Notes: generated from the sequence alone by a model not told the origin. Positions 23,329-32,550 are shown, counted from the stretch's first letter. The stretch is DNA of 64,000 nucleotides from Candidatus Limimorpha sp. (GCA_045132275.1 JBGURY010000004.1:121892-185891); one strand, 5' to 3'. Translations and numbers: made by a program.

Positions 23329-24624
23329 CTAATTTATTGGTTTACAATCAAATGACATCTTTTCTTCGTTGTCGCGACGCAGGATTTCACCAAGCCTTAT
23401 ATTAATAAAGGTGTTCTTTTCGGTCTGGCAGTCGCCTAAGACGACGGGGATGTAGTTCTCGCCATAGCCTCTTGCAACACCTTTGCTGTCGATGCGCTCG
23501 ATGAGCATCCGTTGCGTTTTGCCTTGCATCATCTCGAAATATTTGATCTTGTTCTCCAACGAGATTTGTCGCATCACCTCGCTGCGTTCGGTTTTCACCT
23601 TTTCTGGCACTTGGTCAGGCATCACAGCCGCTTTGGTGCCGGTGCGCACCGAGTATTTGAAGGTGTGGATGTGGCTGAAACCGATTTCCTTGGCGAAGTC
23701 GCAGCTTTCCTTGAAGGTCTGCTCGGTCTCACCCGGGAAGCCCACGATGATGTCGGTGGTGAGATTGAAGTCGGGGCGGAAGGTCTTGATGCGCTGACAC
23801 ATCTCCCTGAACTGGGCGACATTGTAGTGTCGGTTCATGCGCTTCAAGGTGTCGTCGGAGCCACTTTGCAGGCAGATGTGCATGTGAGGAGCGAGTTTCT
23901 CGTGTTGGAACAAGGCAAGGAAACGGTTGCTGAACTGGTCTGGCTCGATGGAGGAGACCCTGACGCGGAAGTCGCCGTCGATCTCCAAAATGTTTTCCAC
24001 AAGTTGCTCGAAGTTGGTATCCTCATGTTGGTATCGACCCATGTTGACGCCCGTCAGCACGACTTCCTTGAAGCCGTGGGCGACGACCTCACGCACGTTG
24101 TTGTAAATATCCTCGGCGGGACGACTGGTGGCCCTTCCCCTGACCATCGGGATGATGCAGTAGGAGCAGAAGTTGTTGCAGCCATCGTGGATCTTGATGA
24201 GGCTGCGGGTGTGGAAGGTGTCGAAGGCGGGGTGGTAGCTGAACAGGTCACGGTCGTAGCCCTCGGGGTCGCTGTGACCCATGCGGAAATGTTCGTCGAT
24301 GATGTCGAACAGGGCGGCCTTGCGCTCGTTGTCGATGACATAGTCGGCGATACCTGATTGCAACAGCTCCTCTTTCCTGTGGTTGACCATGCAGCCAGTG
24401 ACGACGATGAGTGCCTCGGGGTGCTTGCGTCGGATTTGGTGGATGGCTTGGCGGCATTTCTGGTCGCTGGTGTTGGTGACGGTGCAGGTGTTCACGACAA
24501 AGACATCGGCGTCGGCATCACTGTCAGCGATGTCGTAGCCCGCCGCTTTGAAGCGCGATGCCAGAGCGTCGGTCTCATACAAGTTGACGCGGCAGCCTAA
24601 TGTCTTGAACGCTATTTTTTTCAT
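23329..24624 (-). CDS. mtaB: tRNA ms2t6A37 methylthiotransferase MtaB (radical SAM MTTase)
   Basis: UPF0004 N-terminal domain (FKTLGCRVNLYETD), a CNNFCSYC radical-SAM cluster and a C-terminal TRAM-like domain. Confidence 0.8.
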   Translation of the reverse strand: MKKIAFKTLGCRVNLYETDALASRFKAAGYDIADSDADADVFVVNTCTVTNTSDQKCRQAIHQIRRKHPEALIVVTGCMVNHRKEELLQSGIADYVIDNERKAALFDIIDEHFRMGHSDPEGYDRDLFSYHPAFDTFHTRSLIKIHDGCNNFCSYCIIPMVRGRATSRPAEDIYNNVREVVAHGFKEVVLTGVNMGRYQHEDTNFEQLVENILEIDGDFRVRVSSIEPDQFSNRFLALFQHEKLAPHMHICLQSGSDDTLKRMNRHYNVAQFREMCQRIKTFRPDFNLTTDIIVGFPGETEQTFKESCDFAKEIGFSHIHTFKYSVRTGTKAAVMPDQVPEKVKTERSEVMRQISLENKIKYFEMMQGKTQRMLIERIDSKGVARGYGENYIPVVLGDCQTEKNTFINIRLGEILRRDNEEKMSFDCKPIN

Positions 24625-26006
24625 CCGACCAACTCTCCTTCGATCGACAGCGGCGAAGCCGAAGTCACCTTAACGTTTACAATTTTTCCAATAAGGCTCC
24701 TGTCTCTCGAAGCAAAGCGAATAACAATCTTTCCTTCAGTATGGCCGGTGAGGTAGCCGTTCTTGCGGTCCTGGCTCTCCACGAGCATTTTGACGGTCTG
24801 TCCGATGAGGCCTTGGTTGTAGACGAGGCTGTGTTTCATCAGCTCCTCGGTGAGGCGGTGGTAACGTTGGCGTTTCACTTCCTTCGGCACGTCGTCGTCC
24901 CATTCAGAGGCCACGGCGCCGGGACGCACGCTGTATTGTGCGATGAACGCCATGTTGTATTTGAACTCTTCCATGGCCTTGCGCGTGTTCTCGAACTCCT
25001 CTTCGGTTTCGTGGGTGAAGCCCACGATGATGTCGGTGAAGATGGTGGCCGTCGGCAGCTTCTCGCGGATGGTCTCGATGATATGCCTGTAGGTGGCCAG
25101 GTCGTGGTGGCGGTTCATGCGTTGTAGCATGTTGTCGTCGCCCGACTGGATGGGGATATGGATCTGCTTGCCGAGGCAGTCGTATTGCGCCATCACCTCG
25201 ATGACGTCGTCTTTCATGTCGCGGGGATGCGGTGCGGTGAAATACACCCAAAACTCCTTGCCCGAAGCCTTGCCGAACTCGCCTACACGACGCAAAAGCT
25301 CGGCGAAGTCGATCTCTTCGCCTTTCTTGTCGAGGCCGTAGGAGTTGACGTTCTGCCCCAAGAGGGTGATGCTCTTGTAGCCTTTCTCGACAAGGTCTTT
25401 CAACTCGGCTAGGATCTCTTCCGAGGGACGTGAAACCTCACGGCCACGGGTGTAGGGCACAGCGCAGTAGGTGCAGAACTTGTTGCAGCCGTTTTGAATC
25501 GGGATGAAGGCTTCGAAAGTGGAGGTCTGCGTAGGCGTGATGGCCCAGAACTTGTCCATGTTGGCCGACGGGTTGATTTTGTCGTCCTTGTGGAACAGTG
25601 GTGCCAAGGGCTTGACAACAGGCTGGTATTCAATCTCTTCTCCAAAGCGCAACGACGCCGGAGTGACGATGCCGTATTGGCGAATCATGTCGGGGAAGTT
25701 GGGCAGCTCGTTCATGGCGAAGACCAGGTCGAAGAGCTTGAGGAAGCGCAGACGGTCGGCGGGCAGGATGCAGCCCGACACGAAGGTGATGACGTTCTGG
25801 CGGTTCTTCATGGCGTTCCATTTCTCGATGCGGCCATACACCTTGTCGATGCCTTTCTGGCGCACCGAGCAGGCGATGATGCCGAGGATGGTGGCCTCGT
25901 CTTCTTTGTCGGTCTCGACAAAGCCCATGCCGTTGAGCACCGTGCGCACGCGCTCCGTGTCGCTCAAGTTCATCTGGCAGCCTAAGGGGAGAAGAAAGTA
26001 TTTCAT
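24621..26006 (-). CDS. miaB: MiaB-family radical SAM methylthiotransferase (tRNA ms2i6A-type)
   Basis: LGCQMNLSDTE near the N-terminus, a CNKFCTYCAVP cluster and a TRAM domain at the C-terminus. It overlaps mtaB by 4 nt. Confidence 0.7.
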   Translation of the reverse strand: MKYFLLPLGCQMNLSDTERVRTVLNGMGFVETDKEDEATILGIIACSVRQKGIDKVYGRIEKWNAMKNRQNVITFVSGCILPADRLRFLKLFDLVFAMNELPNFPDMIRQYGIVTPASLRFGEEIEYQPVVKPLAPLFHKDDKINPSANMDKFWAITPTQTSTFEAFIPIQNGCNKFCTYCAVPYTRGREVSRPSEEILAELKDLVEKGYKSITLLGQNVNSYGLDKKGEEIDFAELLRRVGEFGKASGKEFWVYFTAPHPRDMKDDVIEVMAQYDCLGKQIHIPIQSGDDNMLQRMNRHHDLATYRHIIETIREKLPTATIFTDIIVGFTHETEEEFENTRKAMEEFKYNMAFIAQYSVRPGAVASEWDDDVPKEVKRQRYHRLTEELMKHSLVYNQGLIGQTVKMLVESQDRKNGYLTGHTEGKIVIRFASRDRSLIGKIVNVKVTSASPLSIEGELVG

Positions 26007-26038
26007 TTAGTTATCTGTTGTTCAGTTAATGCAGGTTG

Positions 26039-26092
26039 CTGAGCCTGTCGAAGCACCGTCATTCTATCGGTCGGCCCTTCGACGGGCTCAGG
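26039..26092. repeat. REP-like hairpin element (CTGAGCCTGTCGAAG ... CTTCGACGGGCTCAG)
   Basis: 15-bp arms with one G-U position and a 24-nt loop. A half copy lies at 52834-52858. Confidence 0.75.
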
Positions 26093-26117
26093 GACCTTAA
26101 CCTGTTAAATCGGCCTG

Positions 26118-26125
26118 CAAAAATA
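26118..26125 (-). promoter_or_regulatory. -7 promoter box (TATTTTTG) upstream of the miaB-like gene
   Basis: cctgCAAAAATAc on the + strand, 111 nt upstream of the ATG at 26006, with the REP hairpin in the leader. Confidence 0.45.
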
Positions 26126-26136
26126 CGGTTTTTTAT

Positions 26137-27102
26137 TCAGCCGAAGATCAATCCTATGATGTCACGCAGGATTTCGTTGTCTTTGTCAAAGGAAGGCGTC
26201 GTTTTGGTGCTGCAGCCTTGTAGCAGTTGTTCGGCCTGACGGATGGTCTCGGGCTCAAGGCAGTCGGAGGCGATTTGCGCCTCTGTGATGACGGCCTTGG
26301 CCTCGTCGATATGCAAGGCGATGTCGACATTGCCCCAAGGGAATTGGGCTTTCTTTGTGGTCTTGAATTGTCTCCAGCGACCAAAGAGGAAATCGTCTGA
26401 AGCGATATGCTCGCGGATGGCTTGCACGGCCTCGTTCTTAGCCAAAGTGTCGAAATCCAATAGAGTGGCCTTGCCGCCATATACCTTTTCAAAAGAGTCG
26501 ATGAGCGGCTGCTTGATGCTCTCGGAAGTCAAGTCGGGCACAAGCTCACTGAGGTTGATGACGCGACTGGCCACGCTCTTCACGCCGTTTTTCATCAGTT
26601 TGGCCTTGTTGACGATGAGGTAACGCTGCATCATGTCGCCGTCGGTCTTGATGAGGATGGTACCATGGTGCAGGTCGTTCTTTTTCCCCTTGCCGAAGGC
26701 ATTGCCCGAGAACTTTCTTCCCTGGCAGGTGAGGTCGTTTCGCCCCGATATTTCGGCTTCCAATCCGTAGGCGAGGAGGGCGTCTTGGATGACGGAGAGT
26801 TGTTTGCGGACGTCGTACAGCGACTTGTCGGCAACAAACGAGAAGTTGATGTTGCCCAGGTCGTGGTAGACAGCGCCGCCGCCTGTACCGCGACGCATCA
26901 AGTGACCGCCTTCATCAAGCAAAAGTTGCACGTTGCATTCCGAATAGGGGTTTTGGTTATAGCCGATGACGACAGTCTGCTGATTTTTCCACAGGTACAT
27001 AGTGACCGTACCTTCCTCTTGTTTGTCCGTGAGGTATTGCTCCACGGCGCGGTTGAGGAAGGGATCGTATTGGTTGCTGATGACGACTAGTAAGTTAGGC
27101 AT
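26137..27102 (-). CDS. lplA: Lipoate-protein ligase
   Basis: Motifs RRGTGGGAVYHDLGN and GRKFSGNA, plus a C-terminal LplA accessory domain. Confidence 0.85.
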   Translation of the reverse strand: MPNLLVVISNQYDPFLNRAVEQYLTDKQEEGTVTMYLWKNQQTVVIGYNQNPYSECNVQLLLDEGGHLMRRGTGGGAVYHDLGNINFSFVADKSLYDVRKQLSVIQDALLAYGLEAEISGRNDLTCQGRKFSGNAFGKGKKNDLHHGTILIKTDGDMMQRYLIVNKAKLMKNGVKSVASRVINLSELVPDLTSESIKQPLIDSFEKVYGGKATLLDFDTLAKNEAVQAIREHIASDDFLFGRWRQFKTTKKAQFPWGNVDIALHIDEAKAVITEAQIASDCLEPETIRQAEQLLQGCSTKTTPSFDKDNEILRDIIGLIFG

Positions 27103-27127
27103 TTTAGTGCACGATGTTAGAAGTCAG

Positions 27128-27135
27128 CAAAGATA
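27128..27135 (-). promoter_or_regulatory. -7 promoter box (TATCTTTG) for lplA
   Basis: TAnnTTTG match 25 nt upstream of the ATG at 27102. Confidence 0.55.
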
Positions 27136-27228
27136 CGCCTTTTTTTGAATGAGATGAACAATAAGCGGCCAAACGATTCGTTTCATTTTCAACTATACGC
27201 TATTGTTTCATCTTAAACTATCAAACAA

Positions 27229-27819
27229 ATGAAAAAGGTATTATTAACTTTAGTCCTTGCCTTTGCAGGCATCATTTCCGCCAATGCCCAATTATGGTTA
27301 GGCGGAAGCATGGCTTTCAACACTAACAAGTATGAAGGCAATCGTGGAACTTATCTCTACCTTGGCCCAGAGGTTGGATATAGTTTCGGTGATTGGTCTG
27401 TGGCCACTGCTCTTGGCTATTCTACTGGTATCAATTCGGCATTAGAAGGCCAAACGAATAAGTATATCGTCAATTGCTTCTATGTCATGCCCTATGTGCG
27501 TTACAATGTGTGCAACATTGAGAAGTTCAATTTCTTCCTTGACGGAGCCTTCGACTTTATCGGTTGGAGAGACAAGTATAACCATGATGGATTCATCACC
27601 TATGGAAGAGATTTGCAGACGACATGGCAAGCAGGCATTAAACCTGGCATCGCCTTCCATCCGACGAAAAAGTGGGCGGCGGTGTTCCATCTTGGTTTCA
27701 TTGGCTACAGCAAAGGGAGTGTGGGCGGCATAGAGAATTTCCCGTTCCCCTATGACCCAGGCTTCAGCGTGGATTTCTCCGCATCGACAGCCACATTTGG
27801 TTTGTACTATAATTTCTGA
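27229..27819 (+). CDS. Small outer-membrane beta-barrel (porin-family/OmpW-like) protein
   Basis: Signal peptide ending in ANAQ, alternating beta-strands, and a C-terminal GLYYNF. Confidence 0.65.
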   Translation: MKKVLLTLVLAFAGIISANAQLWLGGSMAFNTNKYEGNRGTYLYLGPEVGYSFGDWSVATALGYSTGINSALEGQTNKYIVNCFYVMPYVRYNVCNIEKFNFFLDGAFDFIGWRDKYNHDGFITYGRDLQTTWQAGIKPGIAFHPTKKWAAVFHLGFIGYSKGSVGGIENFPFPYDPGFSVDFSASTATFGLYYNF

Positions 27820-27838
27820 TACTTGTTCAGAGAGCATG

Positions 27839-27877
27839 AAAAAAGAAGAGGGTGACTAATTTTAGTCACCCTCTTCT
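27839..27877. terminator. Bidirectional terminator (15-bp perfect stem)
   Basis: Stem agaagagggtgacta / tagtcaccctcttct with a 4-nt loop. The A5 run on the + strand gives a U-run for the minus-strand tRNA transcript. Confidence 0.75.
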
Positions 27878-27884
27878 GAATTAT

Positions 27885-27961
27885 TGGTAGTCTCTCCGGG
27901 ATTTGAACCCGAGTTACCAGGATGAAAACCTGACGTCCTGACCAGACTAGACGAAGAGACC
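27885..27961 (-). tRNA. tRNA-Glu (anticodon UUC), CCA encoded
   Basis: Reverse complement is GGTCTCTTCGTCTAGTCTGGTCAGGACGTCAGGTTTTCATCCTGGTAACTCGGGTTCAAATCCCGGAGAGACTACCA. It folds into a cloverleaf with a 7-bp acceptor stem, anticodon loop TTTTCAT and T-loop TTCAAAT. Confidence 0.9.
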
Positions 27962-27985
27962 ACTTCGTGTCAAAATTTGACGCTG

Positions 27986-27993
27986 CAAAAGTA
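27986..27993 (-). promoter_or_regulatory. -7 promoter box (TACTTTTG) for tRNA-Glu
   Basis: gctgCAAAAGTAg on the + strand, 24 nt upstream of the mature 5' end. Confidence 0.55.
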
Positions 27994-28083
27994 GACAAAA
28001 TTTCGTTACCTACAACGGTTTTGCCGACAATTTTATCAATATTTTTGTAAATAACTGAAAATCAGTATTGTGAAATAATACGA

Positions 28084-28884
28084 TCACTCCACAAGCAGCG
28101 AGACTTGGAACAGTTTGTTGCGCAATTGGTCGATGGGAGCGGTGTAAATGAAGGCCTCGTTCTTCACGATGTCAAGCAAACCGTAGCTCATCTTGACCTC
28201 GATGCCCAGCTTGAACCATTGGTTGTAGATGTCGAAACCAGCACCCAGTTCGCCTGCCACGTCGAAGCGTTTGGTGACCAAGTTGTTGATGAACTCATTG
28301 CCGTGTCCGTCGGTCTCTTTGTTATCTTTCTGCGAGGCGAGGTCGATCTTCGGGTTGACGCCGCCCATCAGGTAGGCGCCAATGTTGTTGTAACGTTTCG
28401 AACGGTATTTGATGTTGAGTGGGAACTCGACGAAGGTGGTGCCAATGGACTTGGTGAAGGTTTTCATGGTAATGTCGCCATCGAGGCTCTTGACGGCGAT
28501 GTCATATTTCATGCGGCGCTCACTGAAACTCAACGAAGGGATGAGGCGCAGGTCGAAATAGCGGCCGAGGCGCTTGCTGCCGATGATACCCACGGTAAAA
28601 CCGGGCGTCTGACGAGTCTCGATGTTGTAGACATAGAGGTTCTGCGTGCTCGGGATGTTGTAGTTGCCGTTGGGCCATGAGTCGGCGGGCTGGGCGATGT
28701 TCTGGTAGTCCTCGACGGTCTTGACGGTGTACATCATCTGGTTGTAGGCCAGCAAGAAACCGAAATGGTAAGGCTCCTGCTCGTATTTGGGCAGGTAGTG
28801 GATGACCCTTCTTTGGGCTTGGGTTGGGACGACCGCCGCGACGAGCAACAGCGCGATGGCCATTATTTTCAGTGCTTTTTTCAA
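28084..28884 (-). CDS. porT: PorT/SprT-family outer-membrane beta-barrel protein (T9SS-associated)
   Basis: Signal peptide ending in TQAQ and a ~245-aa mature barrel ending in VSLLVE. It sits directly downstream of ubiE/menG, which from memory is the arrangement in other Bacteroidota. Confidence 0.65.
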   Translation of the reverse strand: MKKALKIMAIALLLVAAVVPTQAQRRVIHYLPKYEQEPYHFGFLLAYNQMMYTVKTVEDYQNIAQPADSWPNGNYNIPSTQNLYVYNIETRQTPGFTVGIIGSKRLGRYFDLRLIPSLSFSERRMKYDIAVKSLDGDITMKTFTKSIGTTFVEFPLNIKYRSKRYNNIGAYLMGGVNPKIDLASQKDNKETDGHGNEFINNLVTKRFDVAGELGAGFDIYNQWFKLGIEVKMSYGLLDIVKNEAFIYTAPIDQLRNKLFQVSLLVE

Positions 28885-28948
28885 GACGATTCGTTTTTGA
28901 ACGTGAATTAAACGAGTGTGGCGCGTTTTTATTGCGCGAATGCAGCGG

Positions 28949-28956
28949 CAAAATTA
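28949..28956 (-). promoter_or_regulatory. -7 promoter box (TAATTTTG) for porT
   Basis: TAnnTTTG match 64 nt upstream of the ATG at 28884. Confidence 0.5.
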
Positions 28957-28975
28957 GGAAAAAAAGGAATATGAA

Positions 28976-29668
28976 TTACTTACTGGCGATGTAGAGCGTC
29001 GCAATGCCAAACGAAAATCGTCTGGCAGACCCGCTTTTCAGACCGTTGTTATCAAGGATGCGTAAAAATTCATCGGGTTTTGGGAAAGCTTCTACCGATT
29101 GAGGCAAGTAGGTGTAGGCACCAGGGTCTTTAGAGATGTGTTTCCCGATTTTTGGCAGGATGTGCTTGAAATAAAAACGGTATAGCTGCTTCATGGGAAA
29201 TCTTTCCGGCATGGAGAACTCCAAGATGAACGCTTGACCGTCAGGCTTCAATACCCGTTGGATCTCGGCGAGGCCTTTGTCCCTGTTTTCAAAATTCCGA
29301 ACCCCGAAGGCCACGGTGACGGCATCGAAGCTGTTGTCGTCGAAAGGCAACGAGGCGGCGTCACCCGGACGCAAGTCAATTTGGCTCTCAAGACCTTGTT
29401 TCCTGACCTTCTCTTTTCCGATGTCCAGCATTTTTTCTGAGATATCCATACCCATAATGTGGGCTTGAGGGTTGCGCTTCGCCAAAGCAATGGCCAGGTC
29501 GGCCGTGCCTGTGGCGAGGTCTAAAATGCTTGTGGGATGCTTTTTTGCCACGGCTCTGGCGGTCATCCTTCGCCATACCTTGTCTATGTTAAAGGAGAGC
29601 AGATGGTTGAGCCGGTCGTATTTGGGCGAGATGCGGTCGAACATCGCCGCGATGGGGGAGGCGCTCAT
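28976..29668 (-). CDS. ubiE: Demethylmenaquinone methyltransferase (UbiE/MenG)
   Basis: Motifs FDRISPKYDRLNHLLSF, ILDLATGTADLA and VTVAFGVRN. The start forms an ATGA overlap with the GT9 stop. Confidence 0.85.
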   Translation of the reverse strand: MSASPIAAMFDRISPKYDRLNHLLSFNIDKVWRRMTARAVAKKHPTSILDLATGTADLAIALAKRNPQAHIMGMDISEKMLDIGKEKVRKQGLESQIDLRPGDAASLPFDDNSFDAVTVAFGVRNFENRDKGLAEIQRVLKPDGQAFILEFSMPERFPMKQLYRFYFKHILPKIGKHISKDPGAYTYLPQSVEAFPKPDEFLRILDNNGLKSGSARRFSFGIATLYIASK

Positions 29669-30669
29669 GGCTGCACCAGTTTTTCGATGATCTGACTCGG
29701 CGTGATGCCGTTCATGCAAGCGTAGTCGCCGCGCAAGCAGGGTTTGTTGCCGTATACGGAACAGGGACGGCAGGGCATATCCAGTTGCGCACAATCCTCA
29801 GTTTTTTGGCTCCATCCCAGGAAGCCCGCATAAGGATGCGTGCCGCCCCAAACGGAGACCACCCTCGTTCCGACTAAAGAGGCCAAGTGCATGTTGGCGG
29901 AATCCATGCTGAGCATCACGTCCAACTGGCCCATCAAAGCAAGTTCTCCTTTCAAGCCTTGCGGGCTCTTTGCAGGTCGTACATGGCTGTATTTCGCGCA
30001 AAGCGTTTCGATTTGTTCGTTTTCAGCAGGACCTCCGCCGAAGAGAAACACGGTGGTGTTTTCCCTTTCATCCAAGGTCTTGATGACCTGCTCCATTTTC
30101 TCCATGGGATAGACCTTGGCCTCGTGCTTGGCGAAGGGTGCGATGCCAATCCAAATCTCGCCGGGCGATTTTTGCGTCTCGCAAAATGTAGAATAGTCCA
30201 GTTTTACGAATTCAGGCTTCGTCGGGAATCCCAATTGTTCCAGCACTTTGGCGTAGCGTTCAAACGAGGTGGCCTGCTGTGCGAATACCTTGTTTTTTTG
30301 ACGTGTCAGCGCCTTTTTGCCTTTGCGCCCTTTGTCGATTTTGGCGACTTTCTTGCAATGCAGACGTCCCTCGGCGCGCAACCAATGGGTGCGCAGCACG
30401 TCGTGGAAATCAGCGATATAGTCGAAGTCGTTCATGTGGGCGTCTCTCCAGAGTCGGCAGAGCCCAAGCAGGCCTTTGTGCCGTCCTTTCAGGTCGGCGG
30501 AGAAGAAATGGACGTTGCTGGGCATGCGCTCAAACAAGGGCCTCGCCATCTCACGGCTGAGCATGGTGATGTCCAAATCGGGATACTGCGTGGCCAAATC
30601 ATAGATCACGGGCACCGTCATGGCGATGTCGCCCAAGGCAGAGAACCTTATGATGAGGAGTTTCTTCAT
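29665..30669 (-). CDS. Glycosyltransferase family 9 (heptosyltransferase-like)
   Basis: Begins MKKLLIIRFSALGDIAMTVPV and contains LFGGGPAE and DSANMHLA. ATGA overlaps occur at both ends. Confidence 0.8.
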   Translation of the reverse strand: MKKLLIIRFSALGDIAMTVPVIYDLATQYPDLDITMLSREMARPLFERMPSNVHFFSADLKGRHKGLLGLCRLWRDAHMNDFDYIADFHDVLRTHWLRAEGRLHCKKVAKIDKGRKGKKALTRQKNKVFAQQATSFERYAKVLEQLGFPTKPEFVKLDYSTFCETQKSPGEIWIGIAPFAKHEAKVYPMEKMEQVIKTLDERENTTVFLFGGGPAENEQIETLCAKYSHVRPAKSPQGLKGELALMGQLDVMLSMDSANMHLASLVGTRVVSVWGGTHPYAGFLGWSQKTEDCAQLDMPCRPCSVYGNKPCLRGDYACMNGITPSQIIEKLVQP

Positions 30670-31271
30670 TTTTGCCCGTAAAGCACCGGATTCAACGCAG
30701 GGTCGTTGTACATCTTCATCTGCTTGTAGACCTTCATCACTTTCTCGCCCTTCTGGTAGCATTCCAACAGTTGGTCGATAGCGGTGCAGAGGTCTTTGTT
30801 TTGTTCCAGCAACACATCCAATTTGGCTTGGCATTTCGCCTTGTGTTCCTCGCTGACGTCGGTGCGTTCCACCTCGGCTTTCATGTGGTAGATTTTCAGC
30901 TGAAGGATGGAGAGACGGTCGACGGCCCAGGCGGGACTCTCCGTGTTGAGCGTGGCGTTTCCGGCAGGCTTCACCTCATGGAATTGTGCCCAGAAATAGC
31001 TGTCGATCAGCTCCACCAGGTCGGTGCGGTCCTGGTTCGACCTGTCGATGCGGCGTTTCAGCGCCAATGCCTCGACGGGGTCGATGTTCGGGTCGCGGAT
31101 GAGGTCTTCGAGATGCCACTGCACCGTGTCGATCCATACCTTGTTGTAAAGATACCATTCGATGGTCTTTGTCTCATAGGGGTTTTGGCATGGATGGTCC
31201 ACGTCGTCGAAACGATGGTAGTCGGTGATGGCTTGGTTGAAGATGCTGTTGGCCTGTTGGGTGAAAGTCAT
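30666..31271 (-). CDS. DUF4254-like protein
   Basis: Conserved-looking core WYLYNKVWIDTVQWHLEDLIRDP. I chose the start at MTFTQQ (31271) because a terminator hairpin at 31291-31329 lies inside the longer ORF. Confidence 0.55.
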   Translation of the reverse strand: MTFTQQANSIFNQAITDYHRFDDVDHPCQNPYETKTIEWYLYNKVWIDTVQWHLEDLIRDPNIDPVEALALKRRIDRSNQDRTDLVELIDSYFWAQFHEVKPAGNATLNTESPAWAVDRLSILQLKIYHMKAEVERTDVSEEHKAKCQAKLDVLLEQNKDLCTAIDQLLECYQKGEKVMKVYKQMKMYNDPALNPVLYGQK

Positions 31272-31287
31272 GTCGGAGTTGTTTAAA

Positions 31288-31330
31288 GGAAAACGCTCCG
31301 CTGGTGTTTTTATTGCCAACGGAGCGTTTC
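31288..31330 (-). terminator. Terminator after the aminotransferase gene
   Basis: On the minus strand: GAAACGCUCCG, a 19-nt loop, CGGAGCGUUU, then UCCUUU. Confidence 0.5.
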
Positions 31331-31341
31331 GTGTTGTATAA

Positions 31342-32550
31342 TTAGTGCAGCTTCGTCAAGGCGGCCTTGATGCGCTTCACAGCCTCAACGAGTTTGTCCT
31401 CGGAGGTGGCATACGACAGACGGATGCAGTCGTCGTTGCCGAAGGCGTTGCCGGCCACGCAGGCCACGTGGGCGTTGTAGAGCAGCCACATGCAGAGGTC
31501 GTCGCTGCCTTTGATGACGGTCTCGCCGTCGGTCTTGCCATAGAACGACTTTACCTCAGGGAAGACATAGAAGGCGCCGGCGGGGGTGTTGCACTTCACG
31601 CCAGGAATCTCGTTCAGCAGCTTCACGAAGGTGTCGCGGCGGTGACGGAAGGCCTTCAGCATCTCTTGGATCTCGGTGGAGTTCTCGGGGCTGAGTTCCA
31701 TGGCTTTGGCAGCGGCGGCTTGTGCGATGGTGCAGATGCCGGAGGTGATTTGGCCTTGGATCTTGTTGGTGGCCTTCACGATGGCTTGCGGAGCGGCGAT
31801 GTAGCCGATGCGCCAACCCGTCATGGCATAGCCCTTGGCGACACCGTTGACGAGGACGAGACGGTCCTTCAGGAACTCGAACTGTCCCATGCTCTCGTGC
31901 TTCTGTTCGTATTGGATGAACTCATAGATCTCATCGGAGATGATAATGATGTTCGGGTATTTCCTCAGCACCTCGGCGATGGCGGTGAGCTCGGCCTTGG
32001 TGAACACGCTGCCGCTGGGGTTGCAGGGCGTGTTGAGCATGAAGACCTTGGTCTTGGGCGTGATGGCCTTCTCGAGTTGCTCGGCCGTGATCTTGAAGTC
32101 GTGGGCGATGTCGCTCTTGATGATGACGGGCACACCACCAGCCAGCTTCACCATCTCGGGGTAGGAGACCCAGAACGGGGCAGGGATGATAACCTCGTCG
32201 CCGTCGTTGACGACAGCCAGGAGCACGTTGTTGATGGCCTGCTTGGCACCGTTCGAGACAAGGATGTCGGTATCTTTGTAGTCGAGACCGTTGTCGCGTT
32301 TCAGCTTGATGGCGATGGCTTTGCGCAGCGCGGGCGTGCCTGGCACGGGCGGATAGTGCGTGTCGTTGCCGGTGATCGCGTCGATGCCGGCTTGCTTGGC
32401 CGAATCAGGTGTGTTGAAGTCGGGCTCGCCGATGCTCAGGCTGATGACGTCGATGCCTTGTGCTTTCAGCTCGCGGCTCTTGTTGGTCATGGCCAGCGTT
32501 GCCGACTCAGCCATGTTCAAGACTCTGTTGGAAAGGATGATTTCGCTCAT
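31342..32550 (-). CDS. Class I pyridoxal-phosphate aminotransferase (aspartate aminotransferase-like)
   Basis: Motifs NTPCNPSG, SDEIYEF, NGVAKGYAMTGWRIGY (PLP lysine) and RLSYATS. Confidence 0.85.
   Translation of the reverse strand: MSEIILSNRVLNMAESATLAMTNKSRELKAQGIDVISLSIGEPDFNTPDSAKQAGIDAITGNDTHYPPVPGTPALRKAIAIKLKRDNGLDYKDTDILVSNGAKQAINNVLLAVVNDGDEVIIPAPFWVSYPEMVKLAGGVPVIIKSDIAHDFKITAEQLEKAITPKTKVFMLNTPCNPSGSVFTKAELTAIAEVLRKYPNIIIISDEIYEFIQYEQKHESMGQFEFLKDRLVLVNGVAKGYAMTGWRIGYIAAPQAIVKATNKIQGQITSGICTIAQAAAAKAMELSPENSTEIQEMLKAFRHRRDTFVKLLNEIPGVKCNTPAGAFYVFPEVKSFYGKTDGETVIKGSDDLCMWLLYNAHVACVAGNAFGNDDCIRLSYATSEDKLVEAVKRIKAALTKLH

Noticed and set aside
28040..28047. Orphan + strand TATTTTTG box pointing into the 3' end of porT (possible antisense promoter)
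   Set aside because: There is no downstream + strand ORF or structure. A single 8-mer match in AT-rich spacer is expected by chance.
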